Positions 25,540 to 34,798 of a stretch of DNA of 64,000 bases are shown in pieces. The stretch spans positions 25,925-89,924 of the forward strand of contig JARCRU010000133.1 in assembly GCA_029850535.1 (NCBI GenBank), given 5' to 3'. The stretch's first letter is position 1, and each line of letters begins with the position of its first letter. The notes under the pieces were generated by a model. That model was not told the origin of the DNA. It searched no databases and worked only from the letters and a program-made list of their open reading frames with translations. Made by a program: the position numbers and the translations under genes. The stretch comes from Actinomycetota bacterium (lineage in GTDB: Bacteria; Actinomycetota; Acidimicrobiia; Acidimicrobiales; RAAP-2).

Positions 25540-26718
25540 GTGTCATCTTCGTCCACGTCGCGCGAGGCCTCCACCCAGGTGGAGCTCACCACCGTGGCCC
25601 TGGGCAACCTCACGGGCGTCTTCATCCTCATCGGCGCGACCTCGTCGCTCTTCGGCCCCTTGCTGGTGACGTTCTCGCACCACTTCTCGATCTCGCTCCC
25701 GCGCGCCGGCGAGGTGCTGAGCGTCTATTTCGTCGGTGCCCTCATCGGGGTGGTACCGGGCTGGTGGGGGCTCAAGCACACCACTGGGCGCCGGGTCTTG
25801 ACGGTCTCACTCCTCACGGTCGCGCTGGGAACCCTCTGCACGGGGCTCGCGCACTCGTGGATCCTCTTCCTGGCCAGTATCTCGCTACTGGGGTTGGGTT
25901 TCGGATCACTCGATATGAGTCTCAACGTACTGCTCGCGCGCACCGCCGTCGCCGGTCGCGCGCACCGCTTGAGTTTCGTCAACGCCGGTTACGGTCTGGG
26001 CGCGGTGATCTGTCCGCTGCTGCTCGTCCTGGTGCACCCCAGGAACTTTCCGGCCGTCTTCGCGGGCATCTCGCTCCTCGCCGTGCTCCTCACCAGTTTC
26101 AACGCGGGCGTGCACGCCCCGGCGCTCAAGACCGAGGCGCTCCAGGGCGAGATCAACGCCCACAAGTCCCAGCGCTGGCCGATCCTGCTCTCCTTCGTGG
26201 CGGCGTACATCTTCTACGTCGCCATGGAGACGAGCGCGTCGGGGTGGATTTCGTCTCAACTCCAGCGTGGTGGCTACTCGACGACGACGGGTAGCTTGGT
26301 GACCGCAGCCTTCTGGATGGGTATGACCATCGGCCGCAGCCTGGGTGGTCCCCTGCACCGGATCTTCAACGACCGCCGGCTCATTCTCGGCGGTCTGAGC
26401 CTGGCGGTCCTGGCCGACCTCGCGGCGACCTCCAACCACCTGGCTCTGGCGACCTATCCGCTCCTCGGTCTCATCTTGGCGTCGGTCTTTCCCATGGGTC
26501 TGGTCTGGTACACCCGCCTGCTGCCCCACGACAGCGACGGCGTCACCCTCATCTTGTTCGCGATGATGGCGGGCGGCGTGATCGGTCCGGGCGGCGTGAG
26601 CCTCTTGGTGTCGCACTTCGGCGTACGCGCGATCCCCTTCGCCTTCGCGGGCTTCGCCGCCCTCGACCTGGCGATCTTCGCGAGCATCGTGCGATTCACC
26701 CCCGTCGAACTGTCCTGA
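25540..26718 (+). CDS. MFS transporter (sugar permease-like)
   Basis: About 12 hydrophobic segments, GFGSLDMSLN, YGLGAVICP, YVAMETSASGW; GGAGG RBS. Confidence 0.85.
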   Translation: MSSSSTSREASTQVELTTVALGNLTGVFILIGATSSLFGPLLVTFSHHFSISLPRAGEVLSVYFVGALIGVVPGWWGLKHTTGRRVLTVSLLTVALGTLCTGLAHSWILFLASISLLGLGFGSLDMSLNVLLARTAVAGRAHRLSFVNAGYGLGAVICPLLLVLVHPRNFPAVFAGISLLAVLLTSFNAGVHAPALKTEALQGEINAHKSQRWPILLSFVAAYIFYVAMETSASGWISSQLQRGGYSTTTGSLVTAAFWMGMTIGRSLGGPLHRIFNDRRLILGGLSLAVLADLAATSNHLALATYPLLGLILASVFPMGLVWYTRLLPHDSDGVTLILFAMMAGGVIGPGGVSLLVSHFGVRAIPFAFAGFAALDLAIFASIVRFTPVELS

Positions 26719-26746
26719 CGCGGCGCGCCCGCAGGCGCGCCGCGTC
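26717..26746. terminator. Bidirectional terminator hairpin between convergent MFS and APC genes
   Basis: Perfect 13-bp stem gacgcggcgcgcc-cgca-ggcgcgccgcgtc. Confidence 0.75.
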
Positions 26747-26751
26747 CAGCG

Positions 26752-28245
26752 TTAGAGGTTCTGCTGAATCTCCATCAAGATGGCGTGGCGATCCTCCTTG
26801 GAGGGCATCTCGAAATACGGCGCCTTCTTGTACCAGTACCACGCCATCGGCACGAGCCCGAGCGCCATCGAGCCCAGTCCCACGATCTTCGTGGTGCCAT
26901 TGAGTCCCGGGATGACCTTGAAGAAGACGACGGTCATGAAGATGGCGCCGAGCAGTGGCCACAGTCCCATGAAGATGAAGTTCTTGACCGACTTGAAGAG
27001 TTGGCGACGGTAGAGCACGATGACCGAGAATCCCGCGAGCGCGTAGTAGATACAGATCTGGATGCCAATGGCCGAGTACCCGTCCTGGAGGATGTTGTAC
27101 ACCGACCCGATGTACTGCGAGCCCACGAACAGCGCCAGTGAGATGACGGTAACCACCACCGTGGCGACCAGGGGCGTGCGGCGCGTGGAGTGCACGTGAC
27201 CGAGCGCCGCCGGCAGCGTCTTGTCACGTCCCATCGAGAACATCGTGCGCGTCACCTGGATCAGCGTCGTCTCCAGGGTCGCGATCGTCGAGAGGAGCAC
27301 CGCGACCACGATGAGCTTGCCGAACCAGCCCGGCGCGACGAGCTGACCGAGGCGCGCCAGGATGTCGGCCGAGTAGGGCGAGTTCGCACCCATGTCCTTG
27401 GCCGGGATCACCATGGTCGAGCCCACGGTGAAGACCTCGAACAACAAGAACACCACGATGGTCCCCAAGATGCCACCCATGCCCGACGTCGACGTGGGCG
27501 CCGTGGTCGTGGTCGCGGCGTCACCCACCCTGGTCTCCTCGTTCAGATTGGCCGTCACGTCCCAACCCCAGTAGTAGAAGGCCGAGAGCAGTGCTCCGGC
27601 GAAGAACGTGTTGCCCGAGGAGGTCTTGAACACGTTGGGCGAGAACCAGCTCCACGAGAAGGGCGCGCCCAACTTGTGCGAGTGAAAGATGGCCAGGCCG
27701 GCGAAGAGCAGCAGGAACGCGATCTCGATGCAGGACATGATGATCTGCACCTTGACCGTGACGGTCACGCCCGCCGCCACCGCCCAGACCATCGCCAGGA
27801 AGAAGACCGCCCCGAGGATGGTGATGAGGGCCTTGTTGGACGCCAGTGACGGACGGAAGATGTCCAGCACGTTCGAGCCAGCCGGGAAGGTGGCGATCAC
27901 CATGAAGATCAGCGCGGAGACGATGAGCGCCCAGCCCGCCATGTAGCCGAGGAAGGGGTGCAGCGCCCGGCGCACCCACGAGTAGGTCGCCCCCGCGGTG
28001 GAGTCGGACTTCGAGAGGTAGTTGAAGGCGAAGACGATACCGAACATGAAGAACCCGCAGTAGAGCAACGACGCCGCCCCGCCGACGCCGACGGCGGCGA
28101 AGAGGAAGAGGGTCGTGGCCGAGATCGAATACGCGGGCGCCGAACCCGCAATACCCATGATCGCGGAGTCGAAGAGCCCGAGGACCCCCGATTTGAGGGA
28201 GTGCTCGGGCGAACCCGATTGGCTGGGGACAACGGTGTCGGTCAC
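26752..28245 (-). CDS. APC-family amino acid/amine permease
   Basis: GIAGSAPAYSI, YSWVRR, YWGWDVTANLNEE, RTMFSMGRD, RRTP; GTG start with AGAGG RBS. Confidence 0.9.
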   Translation of the reverse strand: MTDTVVPSQSGSPEHSLKSGVLGLFDSAIMGIAGSAPAYSISATTLFLFAAVGVGGAASLLYCGFFMFGIVFAFNYLSKSDSTAGATYSWVRRALHPFLGYMAGWALIVSALIFMVIATFPAGSNVLDIFRPSLASNKALITILGAVFFLAMVWAVAAGVTVTVKVQIIMSCIEIAFLLLFAGLAIFHSHKLGAPFSWSWFSPNVFKTSSGNTFFAGALLSAFYYWGWDVTANLNEETRVGDAATTTTAPTSTSGMGGILGTIVVFLLFEVFTVGSTMVIPAKDMGANSPYSADILARLGQLVAPGWFGKLIVVAVLLSTIATLETTLIQVTRTMFSMGRDKTLPAALGHVHSTRRTPLVATVVVTVISLALFVGSQYIGSVYNILQDGYSAIGIQICIYYALAGFSVIVLYRRQLFKSVKNFIFMGLWPLLGAIFMTVVFFKVIPGLNGTTKIVGLGSMALGLVPMAWYWYKKAPYFEMPSKEDRHAILMEIQQNL

Positions 28246-28303
28246 GACAACCTCTTTCTTGTGGGTATCACCTTCAATTGGAAACTTCTCAAATGTGGAA
28301 CTC

Positions 28304-28357
28304 AACATAGCCGCCGCCACGACCCCGCACGGGTCATCAAGGTTTCGGCGTCGTGAA
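28304..28357 (-). promoter_or_regulatory. GlnR-like box and -10 upstream of the APC permease
   Basis: Minus strand TTCAC-n6-GAAAC-n6-GACCC (28357-28331), 21 nt, then TATGTT (28309-28304). Confidence 0.55.
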
Positions 28358-28444
28358 GTACGCCGCTGGGTCGGAGGCCTCGCCGGGGTGAAGTAAATTC
28401 GTCATCATTCGGACCGTGGCCGAACCGTTCAGCGAAAGGTCGTC

Positions 28445-30085
28445 GTGTCAGCATTCGAACGCTTCGACCTCAACGGACGAGCCGCCACGCCGGGCGAGGT
28501 CGCGCGGCGTTGGCGCGACTTTCACGCCGAGGTTCGCCGCGTGTCCTCCTCGCGCCTCGCGCGCGTCGTGGGCCCGTTGCTCGGCGATGACACCCGGCGC
28601 CGGCGTATCGCCGAACGGCTCCGGTCCGCCGGTCACGACCCGGTCGCGGTCACCGAAGGAACGGTACGAACCTTTCCGACCAACTACGTCCCCACCGCCG
28701 TAGCTTCGGGTGAATGCTCGGGCGACGGCTCCGGCCGGATCGAATTCGTCGTGCTGCACTCCACCGAGCCCGCCGAACTCTTCGAGAAGTTCCACCAAGC
28801 CCTGACGTCGGACAAGGAGTGGCTCATGATCACTCACGACGTCGATGAGACGTCGCGGGCGGCGGCCGGCGCCGTCCTCTACGCCCACCGCGGCGACGCC
28901 GACGTCGTCTACGCCGACGAGGTCGGCGACACCAACACGATCCCGATATTGAAGCCGCGAGAGATTGGCCCGCACACGCTACTGAGTTACAACGTCATCG
29001 GTCGGCCGGCCCTCCTGCGACGCGAGGCGGTGAGCGAGGTGCGAGGACTGCGTGACGTGGCGGGTCGCGCGGCTGAACACGACCTCTACTTGCGCCTGGT
29101 GGAGGCTCGCGCGAGATTCCGCCACGTCGCGGTCGTCTTGGCCGGTCGAACCGCACTCGAGCGCCACCACGACGACCTGTCGGCCGACACCCAACGCGTC
29201 GTCACCGATGCCCTCCTTCGCCGGGGCGTCAGCGCCCGCGTGTCGGCGAGCGCTCAAGCGTCGGTCGTGACGTGGTCTCCCCTCCTTGACCCGTGGCCCT
29301 CGATCGACATCGTCATCCCCACCCGCGACCGCGTCGAACTGTTGCGCCAGTGCATCGAGTCCGTCGAGTCGAGTTCGTATCCGAACTTTGCCATCACCAT
29401 CTTGGACAATGATTCGCTCGAACCCGCCACGCGCGAGTACTTCGCGAGGACCCCGCACCGCGTGGTCGAGTGTCCCGGTCCCTTCAATTACGCCGCCATC
29501 ATCAATCGTGGTGTGGCCCACTGCGGCGCGGACTACGTCGTGACGTTGAACAACGACACCATCGTGCGCTCGAGTGACTGGCTCGAACAGCTGGTGGGCG
29601 TGGCCTCGCTCGAGGACGTGGGCATCGTGGGCGCGACGCTGCTCGATCGCCAGGGGGTTCACGAGCACGACGGGATCGTCATCGCCCCCTACCCCCAGCA
29701 CCTACGTCGAGGCGTCAACTACCTCGTCGAGGACGAGGCGGTGCTCGCCCGCCGTGACGTCGCCGCGGTGACCGGAGCGGTCCAGATCTTCTCGCGCACG
29801 TTCTACCTCGAACTCGGGGGCATGGACGAGGACCTGGCCGTCGTCATGAATGACGTCGACCTCTGTCTGCGCAGCCAGCTCGAGGGACACCACGTCGTGA
29901 TGTTGCCCGACGTCGAGCTCTCACACTTCGCCGGCTCGAGCCGCGGGCGACTGGACCCCTGGAGCGACCGGAACCGCTTCGTGCGGCGCTGGGACGTCTT
30001 CGGTTCCCTCGTGGACCCGTATTTCCCCGAATCGCTGCGCCTGCTCGGCACCACCGTGCAGTATCGTCCGGCAGTGCCAAACTGA
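28445..30085 (+). CDS. Glycosyltransferase family 2 (partial N-terminal GT2-like domain plus complete C-terminal GT2 domain)
   Basis: VYADE..KP, HDLYLRL; IVIPTRDR, ILDNDS, FNYAAIIN, LNNDT, AVTGA, MNDVDLCLR. Confidence 0.88.
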   Translation: MSAFERFDLNGRAATPGEVARRWRDFHAEVRRVSSSRLARVVGPLLGDDTRRRRIAERLRSAGHDPVAVTEGTVRTFPTNYVPTAVASGECSGDGSGRIEFVVLHSTEPAELFEKFHQALTSDKEWLMITHDVDETSRAAAGAVLYAHRGDADVVYADEVGDTNTIPILKPREIGPHTLLSYNVIGRPALLRREAVSEVRGLRDVAGRAAEHDLYLRLVEARARFRHVAVVLAGRTALERHHDDLSADTQRVVTDALLRRGVSARVSASAQASVVTWSPLLDPWPSIDIVIPTRDRVELLRQCIESVESSSYPNFAITILDNDSLEPATREYFARTPHRVVECPGPFNYAAIINRGVAHCGADYVVTLNNDTIVRSSDWLEQLVGVASLEDVGIVGATLLDRQGVHEHDGIVIAPYPQHLRRGVNYLVEDEAVLARRDVAAVTGAVQIFSRTFYLELGGMDEDLAVVMNDVDLCLRSQLEGHHVVMLPDVELSHFAGSSRGRLDPWSDRNRFVRRWDVFGSLVDPYFPESLRLLGTTVQYRPAVPN

Positions 30086-30090
30086 GGAAC

Positions 30091-30873
30091 ATGAGCAGCC
30101 GCCTCGACGATCTCGACCTGTCGCAATCGCTGTCCGCCGCCGAATCCGAGAAGCGCGTCCTCGCGGCGCAGAAGCGCCTCCTGCACTTGCGCCTCTTCAG
30201 CGCCGGACTACTCGGTCCCGCGCCCCACGCGCCAGGTCTCGTGGTCCTCTTCGAGGGCTTCGACGCGGCGGGCAAGGGCGGCGCCATTCGACGATTGACG
30301 TCCGGACTCGACCCGCGCCACGTTCGCGTGGTCCCCGTCTCCACGCCCACCGCCGAGGAACTGCGCCACCACTTCCTCTGGCGCTTCTCACCCTCGTTGC
30401 CGGGGCGGGGCGCCATGACCGTCTACGACCGTTCCTGGTACGGGCGCCTCCTCGTCGAACGCGTCGACCAACTCATCGACGACGACGTCGTCTCTCGGTC
30501 GGCGAAGGAGATCAACAATTTTGAGGACGCGTTGGTCAACGACGGCGTGACCCTCGTCAAATTCTGGATGCACATCTCGGCCGAGGAGCAACTGCGTCGT
30601 TTCAACGACCGCGCTAGCACTCCCTCCAAACAGTGGAAGCTCACCGAGGAAGATTGGCACAATCGCTCGCTGCGCCCCCAGTACCTGCACGCGCTCAAGG
30701 ACATGATCAACTGGACCGACCACTCGCACGCCCACTGGGACCTGGTCGCCGGAGAGGACAAGCGTTTCGCCCGCGTCTACGTGCTCGAAACTCTCATCAA
30801 ACGCTGGGAGCACGACCTCGAGCGTCGTGGTTTCGAGGTCCCGCCCTCGCACGGGACCAATTACCTCGCGTGA
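30091..30873 (+). CDS. ppk2: Polyphosphate kinase 2 family
   Basis: FEGFDAAGKGG (Walker A), YDRSWYGR (Walker B), KFWMHIS.EEQ..RF, WKLTEEDW. Confidence 0.92.
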   Translation: MSSRLDDLDLSQSLSAAESEKRVLAAQKRLLHLRLFSAGLLGPAPHAPGLVVLFEGFDAAGKGGAIRRLTSGLDPRHVRVVPVSTPTAEELRHHFLWRFSPSLPGRGAMTVYDRSWYGRLLVERVDQLIDDDVVSRSAKEINNFEDALVNDGVTLVKFWMHISAEEQLRRFNDRASTPSKQWKLTEEDWHNRSLRPQYLHALKDMINWTDHSHAHWDLVAGEDKRFARVYVLETLIKRWEHDLERRGFEVPPSHGTNYLA

Positions 30874-30910
30874 GGCCCCATCTCTCTAGACTGACGTCAG
30901 TGATGGGAGC

Positions 30911-31501
30911 GTGATGGCGAAGAAGAATTCCGACAAGAAGAGCGCGGACAAGAAGAATTCCGACAAGAAGAGCGCGGACAAGGGTTCGAAGAACGCCAAG
31001 GCGACGAACCCGAAGGCGAAAAAGGTGCGCATCGGCGTGGTCGACACGACGTTCGCCCGTTACGACATGGGTCAAGCGGCCTGCGACGAACTCGCCATCT
31101 GCCCCGGCTACAACAAGACCTTCAAGGTGATCACGAAGACGGTGCCCGGCTTCAAGGACCTCGCCGTCGCCGCCTTGAACATGATCGAGGAGGACGGTTG
31201 CTCGATCGTGATCGCCCTGGGCATGCCCGGTTCGGCGCCGATCGACAAGCAGTGCGCCCACGAAGCCGCCCAGGGCATCATGCAGGCCCAACTCTTCACC
31301 GGGACGCCTATCCTCGAGGTCTTCGTGCACGAGGACGAGGCCAGCGACCCCAAGATCCTGGCGAGCGTCTTCGAGAACCGATCGCGCAAGCACGCCCGCA
31401 ACGCCTACTGGATGCTCTTCGAGCCCGAACAATTGCGCCGACGCGCCGGACAGGGTATCCGGCAAGGATTCGATGACGCCGGCCCGCTGCAGTTGAAGTA
31501 G
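30911..31501 (+). CDS. ribC: Archaeal-type riboflavin synthase (lumazine-synthase fold) with Lys-rich N-terminal extension
   Basis: IGVVDTTFARYDM, TVPGFKDLAVA, ALGMPG, CAHEA, EVFVHEDEA, AGQGIRQGFDDAGP match the Methanocaldococcus-type RibC signature as I recall it. Confidence 0.88.
   Translation: MMAKKNSDKKSADKKNSDKKSADKGSKNAKATNPKAKKVRIGVVDTTFARYDMGQAACDELAICPGYNKTFKVITKTVPGFKDLAVAALNMIEEDGCSIVIALGMPGSAPIDKQCAHEAAQGIMQAQLFTGTPILEVFVHEDEASDPKILASVFENRSRKHARNAYWMLFEPEQLRRRAGQGIRQGFDDAGPLQLK
30920..30979 (+). repeat. Perfect 30-bp tandem duplication (2 copies) encoding KKNSDKKSAD twice
   Basis: aagaagaattccgacaagaagagcgcggac at 30920-30949 and 30950-30979. Confidence 0.95.
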
Positions 31502-31511
31502 GTAGGACAAC

Positions 31512-32720
31512 ATGGCTGAAGCCGTCCTCGTCGCCGCCGGTCGCACACCGATCGGTCGGGCCTTCAAGGGGTCACTCGTCGACGAGCGGCCCGATGACCT
31601 CACGGCCCACGTCGTGAGTCAGGTGCTCGAGCAAGTGCCCGAACTCGATCCCCACATGGTCGAGGACCTGCTGGTGGGCTGCGGCCAACCGGCGGGAGAG
31701 GGCGGGTTCAACCTGGCGCGCGTCGTCGCGGTGCTGGCCGGACTCGACGACGTCCCCGGCGTCACCGTGAATCGCTACTGCTCATCGTCCCTGCAGACGA
31801 TCCGCATGGCCGCGCACGCCATTCGCGCGGGTGAGGGTGACGTGTTCGTCGCGGCCGGGGTCGAGACCATCTCGCGTTTCGGAGCGGGCATGTCCGACGT
31901 GGACGCCGCCGCCAATCCTCGTTTCGCCGAGGCGCGCGAACGCAGCGTGCGACGCTCCTTCGAGGGGGCCGACCCCTGGACGCCGCCCGCCGGTCTACCC
32001 GACATCTACATCGCCATGGGTCAAACCGCGGAGAACGTGGCTCAACTCGAGGGCGTGAGCCGCTCGGAGATGGACGAATTCGCCCTGCGCTCCCAGGAAC
32101 TCGCCGTCGCGCACCAGCGAAGTGGTTTCTTCGCGCGCGAGATCGTGCCGGTGACACGCCGCGACGGGAGCCTCGTCGACACCGACGACGGGCCTCGCGC
32201 CGACACCTCGATGCAGCGGCTCTCGTCGCTCGCACCCGTCTTTCGCGCCGACGGCACCGTCACAGCGGGGAACGCCTGCCCACTCAACGACGGCGCCGCG
32301 GCCGTGATCGTGATGAGTGACGTACGCGCACGTGAACTCGGCATCCGACCCCGGGCGCGCATCGTCGCCTCGGGACTGAGCGGACTCAATCCCGAGATCA
32401 TGGGACTCGGCCCCATCGAGGCGAGTCGACAGGCCCTAGCTCGTGCGCACCTCACCATGAAGGACATCGACCTCGTCGAGATCAACGAGGCCTTCGCCGC
32501 GCAGGTCCTGCCGAGCGCTCGGCACTTGGGCGTACCACTCGAGAAACTCAACATCCGTGGCGGGGCCATCGCCCTCGGCCACCCCTTCGGCATGACGGGG
32601 GCGCGGATTATGACCACCCTGTTGCACTCGCTCGAGGAATCGGGTCTGCGCTACGGGCTCGAGACCATGTGCGTCGGCGGCGGACAGGGAATGGCCATGA
32701 TCATCGAACGACTCGACTGA
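31512..32720 (+). CDS. Acetyl-CoA C-acyltransferase (thiolase)
   Basis: NRYCSSS, NDGAAA, EINEAFA, GHPFGMTG, MCVGGGQG. Confidence 0.95.
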   Translation: MAEAVLVAAGRTPIGRAFKGSLVDERPDDLTAHVVSQVLEQVPELDPHMVEDLLVGCGQPAGEGGFNLARVVAVLAGLDDVPGVTVNRYCSSSLQTIRMAAHAIRAGEGDVFVAAGVETISRFGAGMSDVDAAANPRFAEARERSVRRSFEGADPWTPPAGLPDIYIAMGQTAENVAQLEGVSRSEMDEFALRSQELAVAHQRSGFFAREIVPVTRRDGSLVDTDDGPRADTSMQRLSSLAPVFRADGTVTAGNACPLNDGAAAVIVMSDVRARELGIRPRARIVASGLSGLNPEIMGLGPIEASRQALARAHLTMKDIDLVEINEAFAAQVLPSARHLGVPLEKLNIRGGAIALGHPFGMTGARIMTTLLHSLEESGLRYGLETMCVGGGQGMAMIIERLD

Positions 32721-32810
32721 AGCTTCGAGCATTCTCTCGCGACCAGGAAAATAGATTAGGTGTCCGCGAGCGGAGTGCCGTCATCGTGGTCGTCTCGTAG
32801 ATTGGGCGCC

Positions 32811-33863
32811 ATGGAAGACCTTGACGAGCAGCGCTGGAGTGCAGTGCTACGGCGGGACGCGAGTTTCGACGGCCACTTCGTCTACGCCGTGGCGAGCACC
32901 GGCGTGGTCTGTCGACCCGGGTGCGCCTCGCGCGCGCCGCGGCGCGAGAACGTCGAATTCTTTGTCGCCCTGCGCGACGCCGAGATCGCCGGGTACCGGG
33001 CGTGTCGGCGCTGTCGTCCCGACCAGGACGCTCCGCGCGACGCCGCCCTCGACGCGGTGATCACCCTGTGTCGTCGACTCGAGGACGACACCACCACCGA
33101 CCTCGCCTCGTTCGCCGCGGAGGTCGGCTACAGCGAGCGCCACCTGCGCCGTCGCTTCCGCGAGGTGACGGGAGTCACCGTCGGCGCCTACGTGCGCACG
33201 ATCCTCGCCCAGCGCGCTCGCGAGTCGCTCCCGACGAGCACCGCGGTGACCGACGTCGTGTACGAATCGGGTTTCGGCTCGAACCGGGCGTTCTACGAGC
33301 ACGGAGCCCATCGACTGGGCATGACGCCGCGCAACTACCGCGCGGGCGCCGAGGGCGAGCGTATCGCCCTGACGTCACTGCTGACGTCACTGGGCGTGGT
33401 GGTCGTGGCGGCGACCGCGCGCGGCGTGTGCGCTATTCGCATCGGCGAGGACCTGGCCCAGCTCGAGGAGGAAGTGGCCCGGGAGTTCCCCCACGCGACC
33501 CTCGAGCGCGACGACGAGGGGCTGAGTCACGTGGTCGCGCTCGTCGCGCACGTCGCGCGGGGCCGCGGCGTGGCGACCTCGCTGCCACTGGACCTGAGGG
33601 GAACGGCGTTCCAGGTCCGGGTCTGGGAGGAGCTCCGCGGCGTGGCGCGCAGCACGACGCTCACCTACTCCGAACTCGCCGAACGAGTCGGCGCGCCCAC
33701 GGCGGTGCGCGCCACCGGGTCGGCCTGCGGGGCCAACCCGGTGGCCCTCGTGGTGCCGTGTCACCGCGTGGTGCGTCGCGACGGGTCCCTCGGCGGATAC
33801 CGCTGGGGACTCGAGGTGAAGCAAGCCCTGCTCAGCGCCGAGCGCGAGTGCCCGAGTCCGTGA
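32811..33863 (+). CDS. ada: Bifunctional Ada transcriptional activator/O6-methylguanine-DNA methyltransferase
   Basis: CRPGC..CRRC Zn-binding domain, AraC-type HTH, GTAFQVRVW, PCHRVV. Confidence 0.93.
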   Translation: MEDLDEQRWSAVLRRDASFDGHFVYAVASTGVVCRPGCASRAPRRENVEFFVALRDAEIAGYRACRRCRPDQDAPRDAALDAVITLCRRLEDDTTTDLASFAAEVGYSERHLRRRFREVTGVTVGAYVRTILAQRARESLPTSTAVTDVVYESGFGSNRAFYEHGAHRLGMTPRNYRAGAEGERIALTSLLTSLGVVVVAATARGVCAIRIGEDLAQLEEEVAREFPHATLERDDEGLSHVVALVAHVARGRGVATSLPLDLRGTAFQVRVWEELRGVARSTTLTYSELAERVGAPTAVRATGSACGANPVALVVPCHRVVRRDGSLGGYRWGLEVKQALLSAERECPSP

Positions 33864-34798
33864 GCGCCCTCGCCACGACCTCGACCAACCCACGGCGCCC
33901 CCGCGTTGCCTGGCAGGTCTGGTTCGTCATTCTCGGCGCGATTTGGGGCTGTTCGTTCTGGTGGATCAAACTGGGCCTGCGGTGGATGTCGCCGATCGAC
34001 GTGGCCTTCGCGCGCCTCGCGGCGGGTGCGGGGACGCTGCTCGTCATCTCCGCCCTCTCGCGCACGCCCCTGCCGCGACGGGCCTCGACGTGGCGACACC
34101 TCTTCGTGTTAGCCGTCCTACTCAACAGTGTGCCCTTCACGCTCTTCTCCTACGGCGAGACCCACGTGTCGGCGGTACTCGCGGGACTCATCAACGCCTT
34201 CACCCCACTCGCGACGTTGATCGTCGTCTTGTTCGTCCTGCGTCAAGAACAGCCGAACCCTACGGTGCTGGCCGGACTCGGCGTCGGGCTCGTCGGCGTC
34301 GTGGTCCTGATCGGCGTCTGGCGGGGCTTCGGCGCGAATCAGTGGCTGGGTATTGGCGCCTGTCTGGGCGCGGTGGCCTGTTACGGCTTCGGCTTCGCGT
34401 ACGCGCGCGCGCACCTCAGCGCGCTCCCGCACTCGCCGGTCGCCCTCGCGACCGGTCAGGTGATCTGCGGTGCGGGCCAGTTGCTCCCCTTCGCCCTGGT
34501 CCTGGGCCACGTGCACGCCCATGCGCCCCTCTCGTCGATCCTGGGGCTCGGGGCGCTGGGCGTGCTGGGCACGGGCATCGCCTACATCATCAACTTCCAC
34601 CTCGTGCGTCACGCTCGCGCCAGTGTCGTCAGCAGTGTGACCTACCTCACGCCGGTCTTCGCCGCGGTGGTGGGTGTCGCGTTCCTCGGCGAGTCGCTCA
34701 CCTGGAACGAACCAGCGGGAGCGATCCTGATCCTGTCGGGCGCGGCCCTCGCCCAGGGGCGCGGGCGCTGGCGGCGACGAGCGCGTCGCGCGAACTAG
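33860..34798 (+). CDS. DMT/EamA family transporter
   Basis: IWGCSFWWIK, YGETHVSA, GTGIAY, VTYLTPVFA, LGESL; GTGA overlap with ada. Confidence 0.9.
   Translation: MSALATTSTNPRRPRVAWQVWFVILGAIWGCSFWWIKLGLRWMSPIDVAFARLAAGAGTLLVISALSRTPLPRRASTWRHLFVLAVLLNSVPFTLFSYGETHVSAVLAGLINAFTPLATLIVVLFVLRQEQPNPTVLAGLGVGLVGVVVLIGVWRGFGANQWLGIGACLGAVACYGFGFAYARAHLSALPHSPVALATGQVICGAGQLLPFALVLGHVHAHAPLSSILGLGALGVLGTGIAYIINFHLVRHARASVVSSVTYLTPVFAAVVGVAFLGESLTWNEPAGAILILSGAALAQGRGRWRRRARRAN

Noticed and set aside
32921-33859. Apparent 313-aa N-terminal extension of the DMT transporter overlapping ada
   Set aside because: Out-of-frame read-through of ada sequence. The real start is the GTG at 33860 overlapping the ada stop.
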